Shown piece after piece: positions 29,916 through 39,018 of a DNA stretch of 64,000 nt. The stretch is from the NCBI GenBank assembly GCA_027356105.1, contig DAIEGT010000001.1:61929-125928 (forward strand), in the 5' to 3' direction. The stretch's first letter is position 1. The number at the start of each line of letters is the position of its first letter. The notes under the pieces are model-generated. The model ran no database searches, had not been told where the DNA came from, and saw nothing but the letters and a program-made list of their open reading frames with translations. The position numbers were made by a program, and so were the translations under genes. This stretch comes from Candidatus Saccharimonadota bacterium. GTDB lineage: Bacteria > Patescibacteriota > Saccharimonadia > Saccharimonadales > UBA4665.

Positions 29916-30086
29916 ATCTTTATGGCACTACAATGGTTAAGTAATGTCAATCTCTTAACCATTGTAGTACCTATTAATTCAATTAATTGAGCTAGTATTC
30001 AGGTTTATAGTTTAATATTTCTCTGTTACTTAGGTGAGATCGCCAAAGCCAATCTTACAGATAACTATTAAAAAATTGGATAGGTC

Positions 30087-30116
30087 TTGACAGAGCTTTT
30101 AGCACTTTAGTATTAT
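30087..30116 (+). promoter_or_regulatory. sigma-70-type promoter of groESL
   Basis: TTGACA (30087-30092), an 18-nt spacer, then TATTAT (30111-30116). The -10 sits inside the first CIRCE element. Confidence 0.5.
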
Positions 30117-30125
30117 GAGTGCTAG
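30099..30125 (+). promoter_or_regulatory. CIRCE operator 1 (HrcA site)
   Basis: TTAGCACTT-N9-GAGTGCTAG against the consensus TTAGCACTC-N9-GAGTGCTAA. Confidence 0.8.
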
Positions 30126-30129
30126 AGCA

Positions 30130-30156
30130 TTAGCACTCTAGCTACTATAGTGCTAA
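30130..30156 (+). promoter_or_regulatory. CIRCE operator 2 (HrcA site)
   Basis: TTAGCACTC-N9-TAGTGCTAA, lying 4 nt after CIRCE 1. Confidence 0.8.
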
Positions 30157-30185
30157 TGAGAATTAAACTAACGGAGGTATTAAAA

Positions 30186-30452
30186 ATGTCTACACCCCTA
30201 CAACCTTTAGGCGATAATGTTGTCGCTCAAATTGAAGCAGCTGAAAAGAAAACAGCTAGCGGATTATATCTACCTGATAAAGCTACTGAAAAACCTAAAG
30301 TAGCCAAGGTATTAGCAATCGGTAAAGATGTTAAAAATATTAAAGTTAACGACCGAATTGTTTATAAAAGTTATTCTGAAACAGAAATTAAAATCGGATC
30401 GGAAGAGTTTGTAGTCGTAAAAGAAAAAGATGTTCTTGCGACCGTAAAATAA
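30186..30452 (+). CDS. groES: co-chaperonin GroES
   Basis: ATG at 30186 is preceded by ACGGAGG. It translates MSTPLQPLGDNVVAQ...TASGLYLPD.... The ORF-track start at 30150 lies inside CIRCE 2 and is rejected. Confidence 0.95.
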   Translation: MSTPLQPLGDNVVAQIEAAEKKTASGLYLPDKATEKPKVAKVLAIGKDVKNIKVNDRIVYKSYSETEIKIGSEEFVVVKEKDVLATVK

Positions 30453-30480
30453 TTTAAACAAGATTTAAGGAGTATTTAAG

Positions 30481-32118
30481 ATGGCAAAGAAAGTTTTTTA
30501 TGATGATGATGCAAGAAGAAGAGTTTTAGCTGGTGCTCAAATTCTTTACAATGCAGTTAAAACAACCATGGGACCAAAAGGCCGAAATGTCGTAATCTCA
30601 AAAAGTTATGGTAATCCAACCATCACTCACGATGGAGTAACTGTTGCTAAAGGAGTTGAACTGGCTGATGTTGATGATGAAACTTTGGGTTATAAAGTTG
30701 GTGCCGAACTTATTAAACAAGCAGCTAGTAAAATGAATGATGTAGCTGGTGATGGTACAACAACCGTAACTGTCCTAACTTACCAAATTCTAAATGAAGC
30801 CAATCGTTTAATTGCAGCTGGACATAACCCAATGTTACTTCGTAAAGGTTTAGAATCTGCAGCTAGCAGTGTTATTGCTAAATTAGCAACCCTAAGTGAA
30901 GATATTCATACTAAAAAATCCCGAGTCGCTGAAGTAGCTACTATTTCAGCTGGAGATAGCGAAATCGGAAACTTAATTGCTGATGTAATTGAAAAAGTTG
31001 GCAAAGACGGTGTGGTAACAGTTGAAGAAGGGCAGGGACTCTTACTTGAATCTGATGTAGTTGAAGGTTTCACATTTGATAGAGGTTTTGTGAGCCCATA
31101 TATGGTAACAGATACTGCCAGGATGGAAGCTGTATACGACAAACCAGCTATTGTTATTACTGATAAGAAAATATCTTCTATCCAAGAATTTCTACCACTA
31201 CTTGAAAAAATTGCCCAAAGCGGCAAGAAAGATTTAGTCTTAATTGCTGAAGACGTAGAAGGTGAAGCTCTTGGAACTTTGATACTTAACCGATTAAAGG
31301 GAGTATTTAATGCTGTAGCCATTAAAGCGCCATCTTTTGGTGATAAAAGAAAAGATATTCTAAACGACATCGCTATCCTTACGGGTGCTGAAGTGATCAC
31401 AGACGACAGAGGCATGACATTTGATAATGTTGAGTTAGATGTTGTTGGTAGTGCCAGGAAAGTTATAGTTTCAAAAGATGAAACTACTATCGTAGAAGGC
31501 AACGGTAATAATTCAGAAGTTACTGCCAGAATAAAACAAATTGATTCACAAATAAAACTATCAACAAGTGATTATGACAAAGAGAATCTCGAGAAAAGAA
31601 GAGCATCGCTCAGTGGAAAAGTTGCTGTTATTAAAGTTGGTGGAGCTACTGAAACTGAAATCGAAGAGAAGAAATTTAGAGTTGACGATGCAGTCGCAGC
31701 AGTAAAAGCTGCTCTTGAAGAAGGTATAGTCGCCGGTGGAGGTGTTACCCTAATTAATTTAGCTAGCGGTATTACGATAAAAGGGAACGATTCTATCTCA
31801 GCTGGAGCTCAAATTTTGAAAAATTCTCTAGAGCAACCATTTAGAATCCTATTAACTAATGCTGGGCTGAACCCAGATGAATGGCTCCCACAAGTCAAAG
31901 CTGCTAAATCTGGTTTTGGTGTTGATGTAAACAATCCAGTTAAATTAGTTGATTTAAAGTCAGCAGGTGTCATTGATCCAACTAGAGTTACTAAAGAGGC
32001 TATTCAAAATGCTGTTTCAATTGCCGCCACGGCTGCCACTATGGGAGCATTAGTCGTTGAAGTACCTAAGGAAGAAAAATCTGGAAGTGTTGGACCGGAA
32101 ATGGGTGGAATGATGTAA
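30481..32118 (+). CDS. groEL: chaperonin GroEL
   Basis: 545 aa with AGDGTTTVTVL, an overall GroEL sequence and a GGMM C-terminus. Confidence 0.97.
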   Translation: MAKKVFYDDDARRRVLAGAQILYNAVKTTMGPKGRNVVISKSYGNPTITHDGVTVAKGVELADVDDETLGYKVGAELIKQAASKMNDVAGDGTTTVTVLTYQILNEANRLIAAGHNPMLLRKGLESAASSVIAKLATLSEDIHTKKSRVAEVATISAGDSEIGNLIADVIEKVGKDGVVTVEEGQGLLLESDVVEGFTFDRGFVSPYMVTDTARMEAVYDKPAIVITDKKISSIQEFLPLLEKIAQSGKKDLVLIAEDVEGEALGTLILNRLKGVFNAVAIKAPSFGDKRKDILNDIAILTGAEVITDDRGMTFDNVELDVVGSARKVIVSKDETTIVEGNGNNSEVTARIKQIDSQIKLSTSDYDKENLEKRRASLSGKVAVIKVGGATETEIEEKKFRVDDAVAAVKAALEEGIVAGGGVTLINLASGITIKGNDSISAGAQILKNSLEQPFRILLTNAGLNPDEWLPQVKAAKSGFGVDVNNPVKLVDLKSAGVIDPTRVTKEAIQNAVSIAATAATMGALVVEVPKEEKSGSVGPEMGGMM

Positions 32119-32130
32119 CGAAGGGTATTT

Positions 32131-32155
32131 AATAAGTAAAAAAGACTTATTTTTT
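32131..32155 (+). terminator. candidate intrinsic terminator after groEL
   Basis: AATAAGT-7 nt-ACTTATT followed by a T run. The stem is A/U-rich, so support is weak. Confidence 0.4.
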
Positions 32156-32185
32156 AATTTTTTTTGGGTTATAATAATTGGACCA

Positions 32186-33709
32186 ATGCGTCAAGATTAT
32201 AATCAAAGATCAATTGACGGATTCAGGCCCACTAGAAGATTAAATTCAAAACCACTTCGAACATCTAACCGAAATTTTAATGCCACTTCTGCGAATCGAA
32301 CTAATTATTCTAATGCCTATAATCCTAATTTGATAAATAACCCTAGTAGTAAACCAAACAAGGCTAAAAAGCCCTTTAAAAAGCGTTTAAAGCGCTATTT
32401 ATTAGTAGCATTAGTACTTGTTGTCTTAATCATCGGCGGTTACTTTTATTCACTAGCGCAAACAGCCAGTAAAGTTTTTCACGGTAATGTTTTCTCAAAC
32501 ATAACATCCTTATTTGGTTCTACAAAATTAAATGGAGAAAGTACTGGTCGAGTTAATATTTTGCTGGCAGGCTATCAAGGAAATTCTTCAACCGAAGGGG
32601 CTCTAACTGATTCAATTATGGTTGTTAGTATTAACACCAAGAATAATACCGCCTTCACATTTAGTATTCCTCGAGATTTCTACTTAAATGTGCCCGGTAT
32701 TGGTGATGAAAAAATTAATGCTGCGAACGACAATTCCTCATTTAATCAATCTGGTTACTTTGAGGGAGGGATTGGCCAACTCCAAAAGACAATTGAGAAA
32801 GATTTAAATATTCCAATTAATTATTATGCTCTTATAAACTACAATGCTTTTGAACAAGCTGTTAATGCAGTTGGTGGGATTAACGTTAATATTCAAAGCA
32901 GTGATCCAAGAGGCTTATATGATCCGAATGTTGATAAAGCCCATGGCGGTCCATTGCTACTGCCTAACGGGAACGTACATCTTAATGGGTTATCGGCTTT
33001 GGCCCTAGCACTAGCCAGAGGTGATTCACCATATTCTTATGGTTTTCCACTGAGTGACATTAACCGAACTCAGCACCAAAGACAAATGTTAATTGCGCTT
33101 GAGCAAAAAGCATTAAGCACCGGAACTCTAACTAATCCTATTAAAATTTCTAAATTATTTAATGCAATAGGTAATAACGTAACAACCAATTTAAGCTTAG
33201 CTGACGTTATAAAATTAGCTCAACTGGCTCATTCAATTAATTTAAACAATATTAGCTCGTATGGACTTAGTTATGGTGGAACTTCACCTTTACTAAAAGC
33301 TGCTTACATTGCTGGCCAAGATCAATTGATACCAACCATAGGACTTAATAACTTTAGTCAAATAAGTCATTATTATCTACAAATTACTTCAAATAATCCG
33401 GTTGTCAAAGAATACGCATCGATCGATATATTAAATGCTAGCAACACTGCTAACCTAGCTAAAACAGAGGAAACTGTCCTTAACTCGGCCGGACTCAATA
33501 CAACATATATTGGTAATGCCAGTGCTCTATACAATAACTCAATGCTAATTGATTTATCTGGTGGGACAAAACCAGCTACGCTCTCATATTTAAAAACTTT
33601 ACTTCCTAAGGGTTCAGTAGTCACTCAAACCACAACTGGTTCAGTCGAAGCAAATGAAGGCTCAGGTTACAACGCTAACTTCATCTTAATAGAAGGTACG
33701 AACTGGTAA
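32186..33709 (+). CDS. LytR-CpsA-Psr (LCP) family cell-wall glycopolymer transferase
   Basis: 507 aa with a basic cytoplasmic tail, one TM and an LCP core (RVNILLAGYQG...TDSIMVVSINTKNNTAFTFSIPRDFY). Confidence 0.85.
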   Translation: MRQDYNQRSIDGFRPTRRLNSKPLRTSNRNFNATSANRTNYSNAYNPNLINNPSSKPNKAKKPFKKRLKRYLLVALVLVVLIIGGYFYSLAQTASKVFHGNVFSNITSLFGSTKLNGESTGRVNILLAGYQGNSSTEGALTDSIMVVSINTKNNTAFTFSIPRDFYLNVPGIGDEKINAANDNSSFNQSGYFEGGIGQLQKTIEKDLNIPINYYALINYNAFEQAVNAVGGINVNIQSSDPRGLYDPNVDKAHGGPLLLPNGNVHLNGLSALALALARGDSPYSYGFPLSDINRTQHQRQMLIALEQKALSTGTLTNPIKISKLFNAIGNNVTTNLSLADVIKLAQLAHSINLNNISSYGLSYGGTSPLLKAAYIAGQDQLIPTIGLNNFSQISHYYLQITSNNPVVKEYASIDILNASNTANLAKTEETVLNSAGLNTTYIGNASALYNNSMLIDLSGGTKPATLSYLKTLLPKGSVVTQTTTGSVEANEGSGYNANFILIEGTNW

Positions 33710-33713
33710 AATA

Positions 33714-34259
33714 CTAGATTATTCTGGTTAGGCCAATAAAGACCAAGAATAGCATAATAACACCACCAATGAATAAAGCATAAGCTACAACTTGTGCGAT
33801 TGTCCCAACTGTTGAGAAGGCATAGGCATCTCCGAGTAGTAATCCTCGTAAAGTTTCTCCTTGGAACAGAGTTGAGGCTTCTTGTTTTAATTGTGCGTTC
33901 GAAGGATCTGCTTGTGACTCAGTGCTAACTTGAGCATAAGTTTTACCACCGGCAATTTCTGAAAGATGAACAGCTATAAAATGATTAGCATAGGCTTTAG
34001 CCTGAGGTCCGGTTAATAATTGTTGTCCAGCATATCTATTCAAATATGGCCCAATTAAAGGACTAGCTAGAGCTGGGCTACCTTTAGGTGGAAAATAAAT
34101 CTTCTGGGCAGATAATTCTGTTTTAACATTAGAAGAGGTAAATGAATAAGTCCACCAGGCTAAACCACCCATCGCAAATAATACTACGGTCGCCACTACG
34201 CCAAATGAAACCAATACTTTATCAATTAATTTTCGATTTAACTCAGTTTTTTTTGACAT
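33714..34259 (-). CDS. hypothetical two-TM membrane protein
   Basis: 181 aa with N- and C-terminal TM helices flanking a ~110 aa loop. Confidence 0.45.
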   Translation of the reverse strand: MSKKTELNRKLIDKVLVSFGVVATVVLFAMGGLAWWTYSFTSSNVKTELSAQKIYFPPKGSPALASPLIGPYLNRYAGQQLLTGPQAKAYANHFIAVHLSEIAGGKTYAQVSTESQADPSNAQLKQEASTLFQGETLRGLLLGDAYAFSTVGTIAQVVAYALFIGGVIMLFLVFIGLTRII

Positions 34260-34332
34260 AGTTTTTCCTTTTTTTAATATCAGCTAGATGGTACATCTAA
34301 AAAATAGAAAAAGCAATAGCAGTTTAAGATAT

Positions 34333-35889
34333 TTAGCCTTCAATAATTGGATTTACAATTTTTTCGTTATGATTATGAATAGTATTTCTAAGTGGTGTTT
34401 CTTTTAAGATTATGGCTAGTACGAAAGCCACCCCGACAAACGGTAAAGCTGAGATAAAAACATCGTGAAAGGCCATACTAAATGCATTGGAAATGGGTAC
34501 TAAAATACTACTTGAAACATGAATATTTGAACCACTAAATCCCGACAAAACACTTCCTTTAACCTTATCGACGACTTGAGCTGGTAATAGTTTGCTAAGG
34601 TGATAACTAAGACGACTAATCAATATTACTCCAAAAACAGCAGTACCAATCGAGCTACCAAAACTTCTAAAGAAAGTTACTAGTCCCGTAGCGGTACCCA
34701 TATGTTTAACGTCAATTGAGTTCTGAACCGCTAGGGTCATAACCTGCATAAACATACCCATTCCGAGACCAGTGACTACCATCCACATAGATAAACTGAG
34801 CTGGCTTGTTGACGCTGTAACGTGACTAAACAACCATACCCCAATACCAACCAAAATTGTACCAATAATTGGAAAGATTTTATATTTTCCAATACGTGAA
34901 ATTAACTGTCCTGATCCAATAGAAGCGACTAGCATTCCACCAACAAAAGGCAACAAGTAAAGTCCACTAGCAGTTGGCGAATCACCTCTAACCATTTGTT
35001 GATAGACAGGCAAGAATATTATAGTGCCCATTAAGATAACACCAATAACGAGAGATAAAGCACTCGATACTGTAAAAATACTATTTTTAAATAATTCTAG
35101 TGGAATAATTGGCTCTTTTGCTCTCGTTTCCTGATAAATTAAAGCAATTAAACTCACTAATCCTAGACCAAATAATCCAATAATTTTATCTGATCCCCAA
35201 GGATAGGTAATACCTCCCCAGGTTAAAGCTAGAATAAAACTAACAAGTGAAGTAGCCATTAAAATTGATCCTATCCAATCAAAAGAATGTTTTCCTTCTT
35301 TCTTTGGAAGGTGAAGTCGTGCTGCAATCGCAGTTAAGGCTAAAATACCAATCGGTAAGTTAATATAAAAAATCCATCTCCAGGATAAAGATTCAGTAAA
35401 AAAACCACCAAGCAACGGTCCTGCTATACTAGATATACCAAAAACAGCTCCAAAATATCCTTGATATTTACCCCTCTGTCTCGGGGGAACAATATCACCG
35501 ATTGTAGCAAGAGACAAACTCATTAAACCACCACCTCCAAGACCTTGGATGCCTCTAAAGATTACTAATTGATTCATTGTTTGGCTGAGACCAGATAGGA
35601 CAGATCCAATTAAAAATAAGACTATCGCGAATTGAAAAACTTTTTTCCGGCCAAGTTGATCAGATATTTTGCCGTAAAGAGGTGTAACAACAGCGCTAGT
35701 TAAAAGATACGCCGTGGCGACCCAAGAAAGTTTACTTACACCATGTAAATCTGAAGCTATTCTTGGCAGAGCGGTTGAAACAATTGTTTGATCGAGTGCT
35801 GCTAAAAACATTGCCAGCATCAGAGCAGAGATTATTATCTTAATTTCACTGTGAGATTTTTGCTCGGGTTGATCTTTATTATTTTCCAT
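34333..35889 (-). CDS. MFS transporter, DHA2 (EmrB/QacA-like, 14-TM) family
   Basis: 518 aa with the pattern LDQTIVSTALPRIASDLHG...GKISDQLGRKKVF and about 14 hydrophobic segments. It is in an operon with marR. Confidence 0.85.
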   Translation of the reverse strand: MENNKDQPEQKSHSEIKIIISALMLAMFLAALDQTIVSTALPRIASDLHGVSKLSWVATAYLLTSAVVTPLYGKISDQLGRKKVFQFAIVLFLIGSVLSGLSQTMNQLVIFRGIQGLGGGGLMSLSLATIGDIVPPRQRGKYQGYFGAVFGISSIAGPLLGGFFTESLSWRWIFYINLPIGILALTAIAARLHLPKKEGKHSFDWIGSILMATSLVSFILALTWGGITYPWGSDKIIGLFGLGLVSLIALIYQETRAKEPIIPLELFKNSIFTVSSALSLVIGVILMGTIIFLPVYQQMVRGDSPTASGLYLLPFVGGMLVASIGSGQLISRIGKYKIFPIIGTILVGIGVWLFSHVTASTSQLSLSMWMVVTGLGMGMFMQVMTLAVQNSIDVKHMGTATGLVTFFRSFGSSIGTAVFGVILISRLSYHLSKLLPAQVVDKVKGSVLSGFSGSNIHVSSSILVPISNAFSMAFHDVFISALPFVGVAFVLAIILKETPLRNTIHNHNEKIVNPIIEG

Positions 35890-35895
35890 TGTCTA

Positions 35896-36342
35896 CTATT
35901 TTATCTCCTTAATATCTTTTACAAATCTTTTTAGCAAGTTGGAAAACTCCTCTTGATCGACAGTAGACCAATTTTTTAAAGCTTCTGCTACGTTCTTTTT
36001 GCGTTCTAAACTAAAACTTTCAACAACTTTCCGAGCTTTTTCAGTTGGCTCTAAATAGACTTCTCGACGATCATTATCTGATTGATGCCGTTTAATTAAT
36101 TCCATATCTTCTAATTCTTTGGTTTTTCGACTAAGGTAGGGAGCCTCAATTTCTAATATTTTCGCCAAATCATTTAATCTAATATTAGTTTTTTGATTTA
36201 AAAGAACATGCAAAATTCCTAAACTAGGTCTATCCAGAGTTAAGTTTGTCGCTAAAACTATTTTCTTCCAAGTTGTATGGCTCTTTAGAACATTGAATAA
36301 TTGATTCAAAGATTCATCTAACTCGTTTATGTAATCACTCAT
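35896..36342 (-). CDS. MarR-family transcriptional regulator
   Basis: 148 aa with a winged-HTH pattern (LNDLAKILEIEAPYLSRKTKELEDMELIKRHQSDNDRREVYL). Confidence 0.85.
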   Translation of the reverse strand: MSDYINELDESLNQLFNVLKSHTTWKKIVLATNLTLDRPSLGILHVLLNQKTNIRLNDLAKILEIEAPYLSRKTKELEDMELIKRHQSDNDRREVYLEPTEKARKVVESFSLERKKNVAEALKNWSTVDQEEFSNLLKRFVKDIKEIK

Positions 36343-36357
36343 ATATTTAAATTATTA

Positions 36358-36388
36358 TATATATTTACTTAAGTTAAGTAAATATATA
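36358..36388. promoter_or_regulatory. 31-nt perfect palindrome, candidate MarR operator
   Basis: TATATATTTACTTAA-G-TTAAGTAAATATATA (15-nt arms) lies 16 nt upstream of the marR start codon. Confidence 0.45.
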
Positions 36389-36497
36389 ATTAATTATAAT
36401 TTATCAAATTAGAATAACAGATACTAGCACTTGACCAATATAATTTTTTATTATAATATAGTTAATAGTTAATTTACCAAGATATAGCTATACATTT

Positions 36498-37136
36498 ATG
36501 GATTTACATAGAGTAGAAAATAATAAACCCGACTGGGAGAATATCCCAGAATCAAAACATAATGCTTGGCAAAAACTTGCTAGTAAAACAAATTCTATAT
36601 TGACGCCAGGCAATATTGTTACTTCTGCCGGCTTAGGATTAGTCACATATGGAAGCACTAAGCTAGGTACTAACCTAATAGAAAGTTTTGTTTTTATCAC
36701 TGGCGGAAGAGCAGCCGATCCTTTTGACGGATATATAGCTAACAAAACTGGTACGAAAAGCCCGCTTGGAGAGATTTATGATGCAACGGCTGATAAAATA
36801 GAAATGGTAGTTGTAGGTGCTGGAATTATTGAGAATAACTTAATTCCACTTCCTATAATGTTAGGTATTCTAGTACAAAATGGTTTAAATACCTTTTTTT
36901 CTATCAGGGCAAAAAAAGATAAGAGCATACCTAAAATGCATCCTTCTAGATTGGGCAAGTATGCCACCGCAAGTCAATGGGCTACCATTGGGCTATATGG
37001 TATATCGACCATATTAGAACAAAAGAATATTATTAACACAAGTCATATAGTTAGCTACCTTGGTGATGCCAGTTTAGTACCGACAACAATTACTTCGATC
37101 AGCGCAACTTACGACTATTCGAAATCTTCTAAATAA
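36498..37136 (+). CDS. CDP-alcohol phosphatidyltransferase family protein
   Basis: 212 aa. The motif DPFDGYIANKTGTKSPLGEIYDATADK fits D-x2-DG-x2-A(R/N)-x8-G-x3-D-x3-D, and the protein is polytopic. Confidence 0.65.
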   Translation: MDLHRVENNKPDWENIPESKHNAWQKLASKTNSILTPGNIVTSAGLGLVTYGSTKLGTNLIESFVFITGGRAADPFDGYIANKTGTKSPLGEIYDATADKIEMVVVGAGIIENNLIPLPIMLGILVQNGLNTFFSIRAKKDKSIPKMHPSRLGKYATASQWATIGLYGISTILEQKNIINTSHIVSYLGDASLVPTTITSISATYDYSKSSK

Positions 37137-37158
37137 AATATTATTATAGAATTGATAT

Positions 37159-37473
37159 ATGAAAAAAAGATCACGCATTAGTCCATATCTATTTACCGGT
37201 AATTCAATTAGATTAAGGGTAAAAATTTTCTTTTTACTTATAATAACTGCCTTGATTTCAGGGGGAATAGTACATTTTTACGATACTATAAACTCAAATA
37301 ACGCCTTAACTAAATCTTATTCTCAAAAGATTAATTATCTAAATAGCTACAACCAAACTCAAAAAGATTTCACTTTTTTAATTAACCAGTTCAATAATTC
37401 ACTAAACTGTTTTCAGCTACAAACCACTATCGACCAAAATCTCTGTACGCAACACAACAATACTACTAACTAA
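37159..37473 (+). CDS. hypothetical membrane-anchored protein
   Basis: 104 aa with one TM. Confidence 0.35.
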   Translation: MKKRSRISPYLFTGNSIRLRVKIFFLLIITALISGGIVHFYDTINSNNALTKSYSQKINYLNSYNQTQKDFTFLINQFNNSLNCFQLQTTIDQNLCTQHNNTTN

Positions 37474-38027
37474 ATCCCAAACCACTGCAAAACAATATCA
37501 ATCCAATTTTTATTAGTGCCTTTATAAGGTAATTTTTTGCTAAGCAAATCCATAACTTGATTGGCGTCATTTTCGTTTAAATAAAAACTAACTGCTGTGG
37601 AGAATCGTTTAATTGGCAATAGTGAGATAGAGATTATACCATCAACTGATTTATTATCTGAGAACGACTGAAAAATTGAGAAATAGAAAGTCTTATTATC
37701 AACTGTAATATCTCTATTGCTAAAAATTATTTTAATGATTTTAGGTTTTTTAAGACTTAACGTAATAAGAATAATCACACCAATAAAAATCGCTACAATA
37801 GCTATATAGTCTTTTAAGAATATAAATATTAGTGTGTTTACGACAAATGCCACTAATACAATTAAAAGATATCTGGTAAATTTCTTAGCTGGTAAAGTAT
37901 CAAAACCGTTTAATTCAATTCTCTCATTATTATCATTTGGAAGAGTAGGGTTATCGGTAGTGATAATATCATTTTGATCAGACATTTTGTCTGCATTTTC
38001 CGGATGGTAAAAATTATCGTTTTCCAT
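37470..38027 (-). CDS. hypothetical membrane protein
   Basis: 185 aa with two adjacent TM helices followed by a small soluble domain. Confidence 0.4.
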   Translation of the reverse strand: MENDNFYHPENADKMSDQNDIITTDNPTLPNDNNERIELNGFDTLPAKKFTRYLLIVLVAFVVNTLIFIFLKDYIAIVAIFIGVIILITLSLKKPKIIKIIFSNRDITVDNKTFYFSIFQSFSDNKSVDGIISISLLPIKRFSTAVSFYLNENDANQVMDLLSKKLPYKGTNKNWIDIVLQWFGI

Positions 38028-38071
38028 TTAATTTATACTATACTAAATTTTTTTAAAACTATGACAAAATC

Positions 38072-38164
38072 TGGCGGAGAGAGAGGGATTCGAACCCTCG
38101 CGGGGAATTGCTTCCCCCTATCGATTTAGCAAACCGACCCCTTCAGCCACTTGGGTATCTCTCC
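38072..38164 (-). tRNA. tRNA-Ser (anticodon GCU)
   Basis: 93-nt type II tRNA. Acceptor GGAGAGA/UCUCUCC, anticodon stem UCGGU/AUCGA, loop UUGCUAA, long variable arm, T arm GAGGG-UUCGAAU-CCCUC, G73, CCA. Confidence 0.85.
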
Positions 38165-38175
38165 AAAAAATTATC

Positions 38176-38265
38176 TGGCGGAAGAGGTGGGATTTGAACC
38201 CACGGTACCATTTCTGGCACGCTGGTTTTCAAGACCAGTTCCTTAAACCACTCGGACACCCTTCC
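38176..38265 (-). tRNA. tRNA-Ser (anticodon UGA)
   Basis: 90-nt type II tRNA. Acceptor GGAAGGG/CUCUUCC, anticodon stem CUGGU/ACCAG, loop CUUGAAA, T arm GUGGG-UUCAAAU-CCCAC, G73, CCA. Confidence 0.85.
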
Positions 38266-38449
38266 ATAACAGATAATCTTAAAATCTATTATACTACACA
38301 TTCTAGGCATGAAACCCTCATAATTAATGTTGTGTTTATTGTGTTGTAAATAACATAAAACTTTATTGATATATCTTTAAGACTTAAGTTATACTGTTGA
38401 TAAGACAAAAATACAATAATATTTAATATTAAAGTTTTTGGAGGGTATA

Positions 38450-38929
38450 ATGGCGAGACGAAACCGCGATGACGATTTAATGTTAGAGGAAGATGAGTTA
38501 ACTGCTGCCTTCTTGGGTGAAGACGACAATATGACAAATCAACAGGATCAAACTCAAAACATGCCAACTGCAAAAGACTGGGAAGAAGATGAAGACGATA
38601 ATATTCCCGGACAATTAGCTGTTGATGTTTATGAAACAAAGGAAAAACTTGTTGTAAAAGCCAGGACTGCTGGTGTAAACAGGAACGAATTGGATGTCAG
38701 TATTGCTGATAATCAATTAACAATTAAAGGAACCTTGAGTTCTGGTGTAGAAGAAGACGTCGAGAACTACTTCTTGCAAGAATGTTATTGGGGTGAATTC
38801 TCAAGAACTATCGCATTACCAGTACCAGTTAAAGAAGAAGAGATTGAAGCTGTTCTAAAAGATGGCGTTCTAACAATTTCTTTTGGTAAAGTTAAGCAAG
38901 ATACTATAAAGAAGATTCAAGTTCTTTAA
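38450..38929 (+). CDS. Hsp20/alpha-crystallin small heat-shock protein
   Basis: ATG at 38450 follows GGAGGG. It has an alpha-crystallin domain (LAVDVYETKEKLVVKARTAGV...GEFSRTIALPVPVKEEEIEAVLKDGVLTISF). Confidence 0.9.
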   Translation: MARRNRDDDLMLEEDELTAAFLGEDDNMTNQQDQTQNMPTAKDWEEDEDDNIPGQLAVDVYETKEKLVVKARTAGVNRNELDVSIADNQLTIKGTLSSGVEEDVENYFLQECYWGEFSRTIALPVPVKEEEIEAVLKDGVLTISFGKVKQDTIKKIQVL

Positions 38930-38950
38930 ATAGAGTAGGGCTTAATTAAT

Positions 38951-38980
38951 AAAAAACCTCGGGTAGAACCGAGGTTTTTT
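38951..38980. terminator. bidirectional intrinsic terminator between hsp20 and the pilin operon
   Basis: AAAAAA-CCTCGG-gtagaa-CCGAGG-TTTTTT. The GC stem is flanked by an A run and a T run, so it is usable on both strands. Confidence 0.65.
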
Positions 38981-39018
38981 ATTTAAATAAGACTATTTTT
39001 CTTTATAGTATTTAAGTC

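Noticed and set aside
30150-30185. ORF-track start (GTG, MLMRIKLTEVLK...) for groES
   Set aside because: It lies inside the second CIRCE operator and has no SD. The ATG at 30186 follows ACGGAGG and gives the canonical GroES N-terminus.
30906-31502. 198-aa antisense ORF inside groEL (and similar antisense ORFs at 303-782, 5902-6117, 7012-7242, 9107-9373, 9783-9992, 17407-17673, 18353-18541, 24117-24404, 33373-33624, 36488-36745, 36776-36967, 39125-39358, 39733-39939, 40672-40872, 41595-41840, 42339-43076, 43730-43986, 46555-46926, 47197-47526, 47846-48145, 48439-48654, 53933-54175, 54563-54745, 56947-57174, 57622-57852, 60748-60951)
   Set aside because: All are embedded in, or in alternative frames of, much longer ORFs with clear homology or consistent architecture. 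They are typical shadow ORFs.
34280-34305. TAGATG-gta-CATCTA hairpin as terminator of the MFS operon
   Set aside because: On the transcribed (-) strand the U-run precedes the short stem rather than following it.
38438-38449. TTG start (MEGIM...) for hsp20
   Set aside because: The TTG-GAG-GGT codons are themselves the GGAGGG Shine-Dalgarno for the ATG at 38450.
38289-38639. 116-aa minus-strand ORF
   Set aside because: It overlaps the hsp20 promoter and 5' coding region in antisense, has odd composition, no SD and no family. It is judged spurious.
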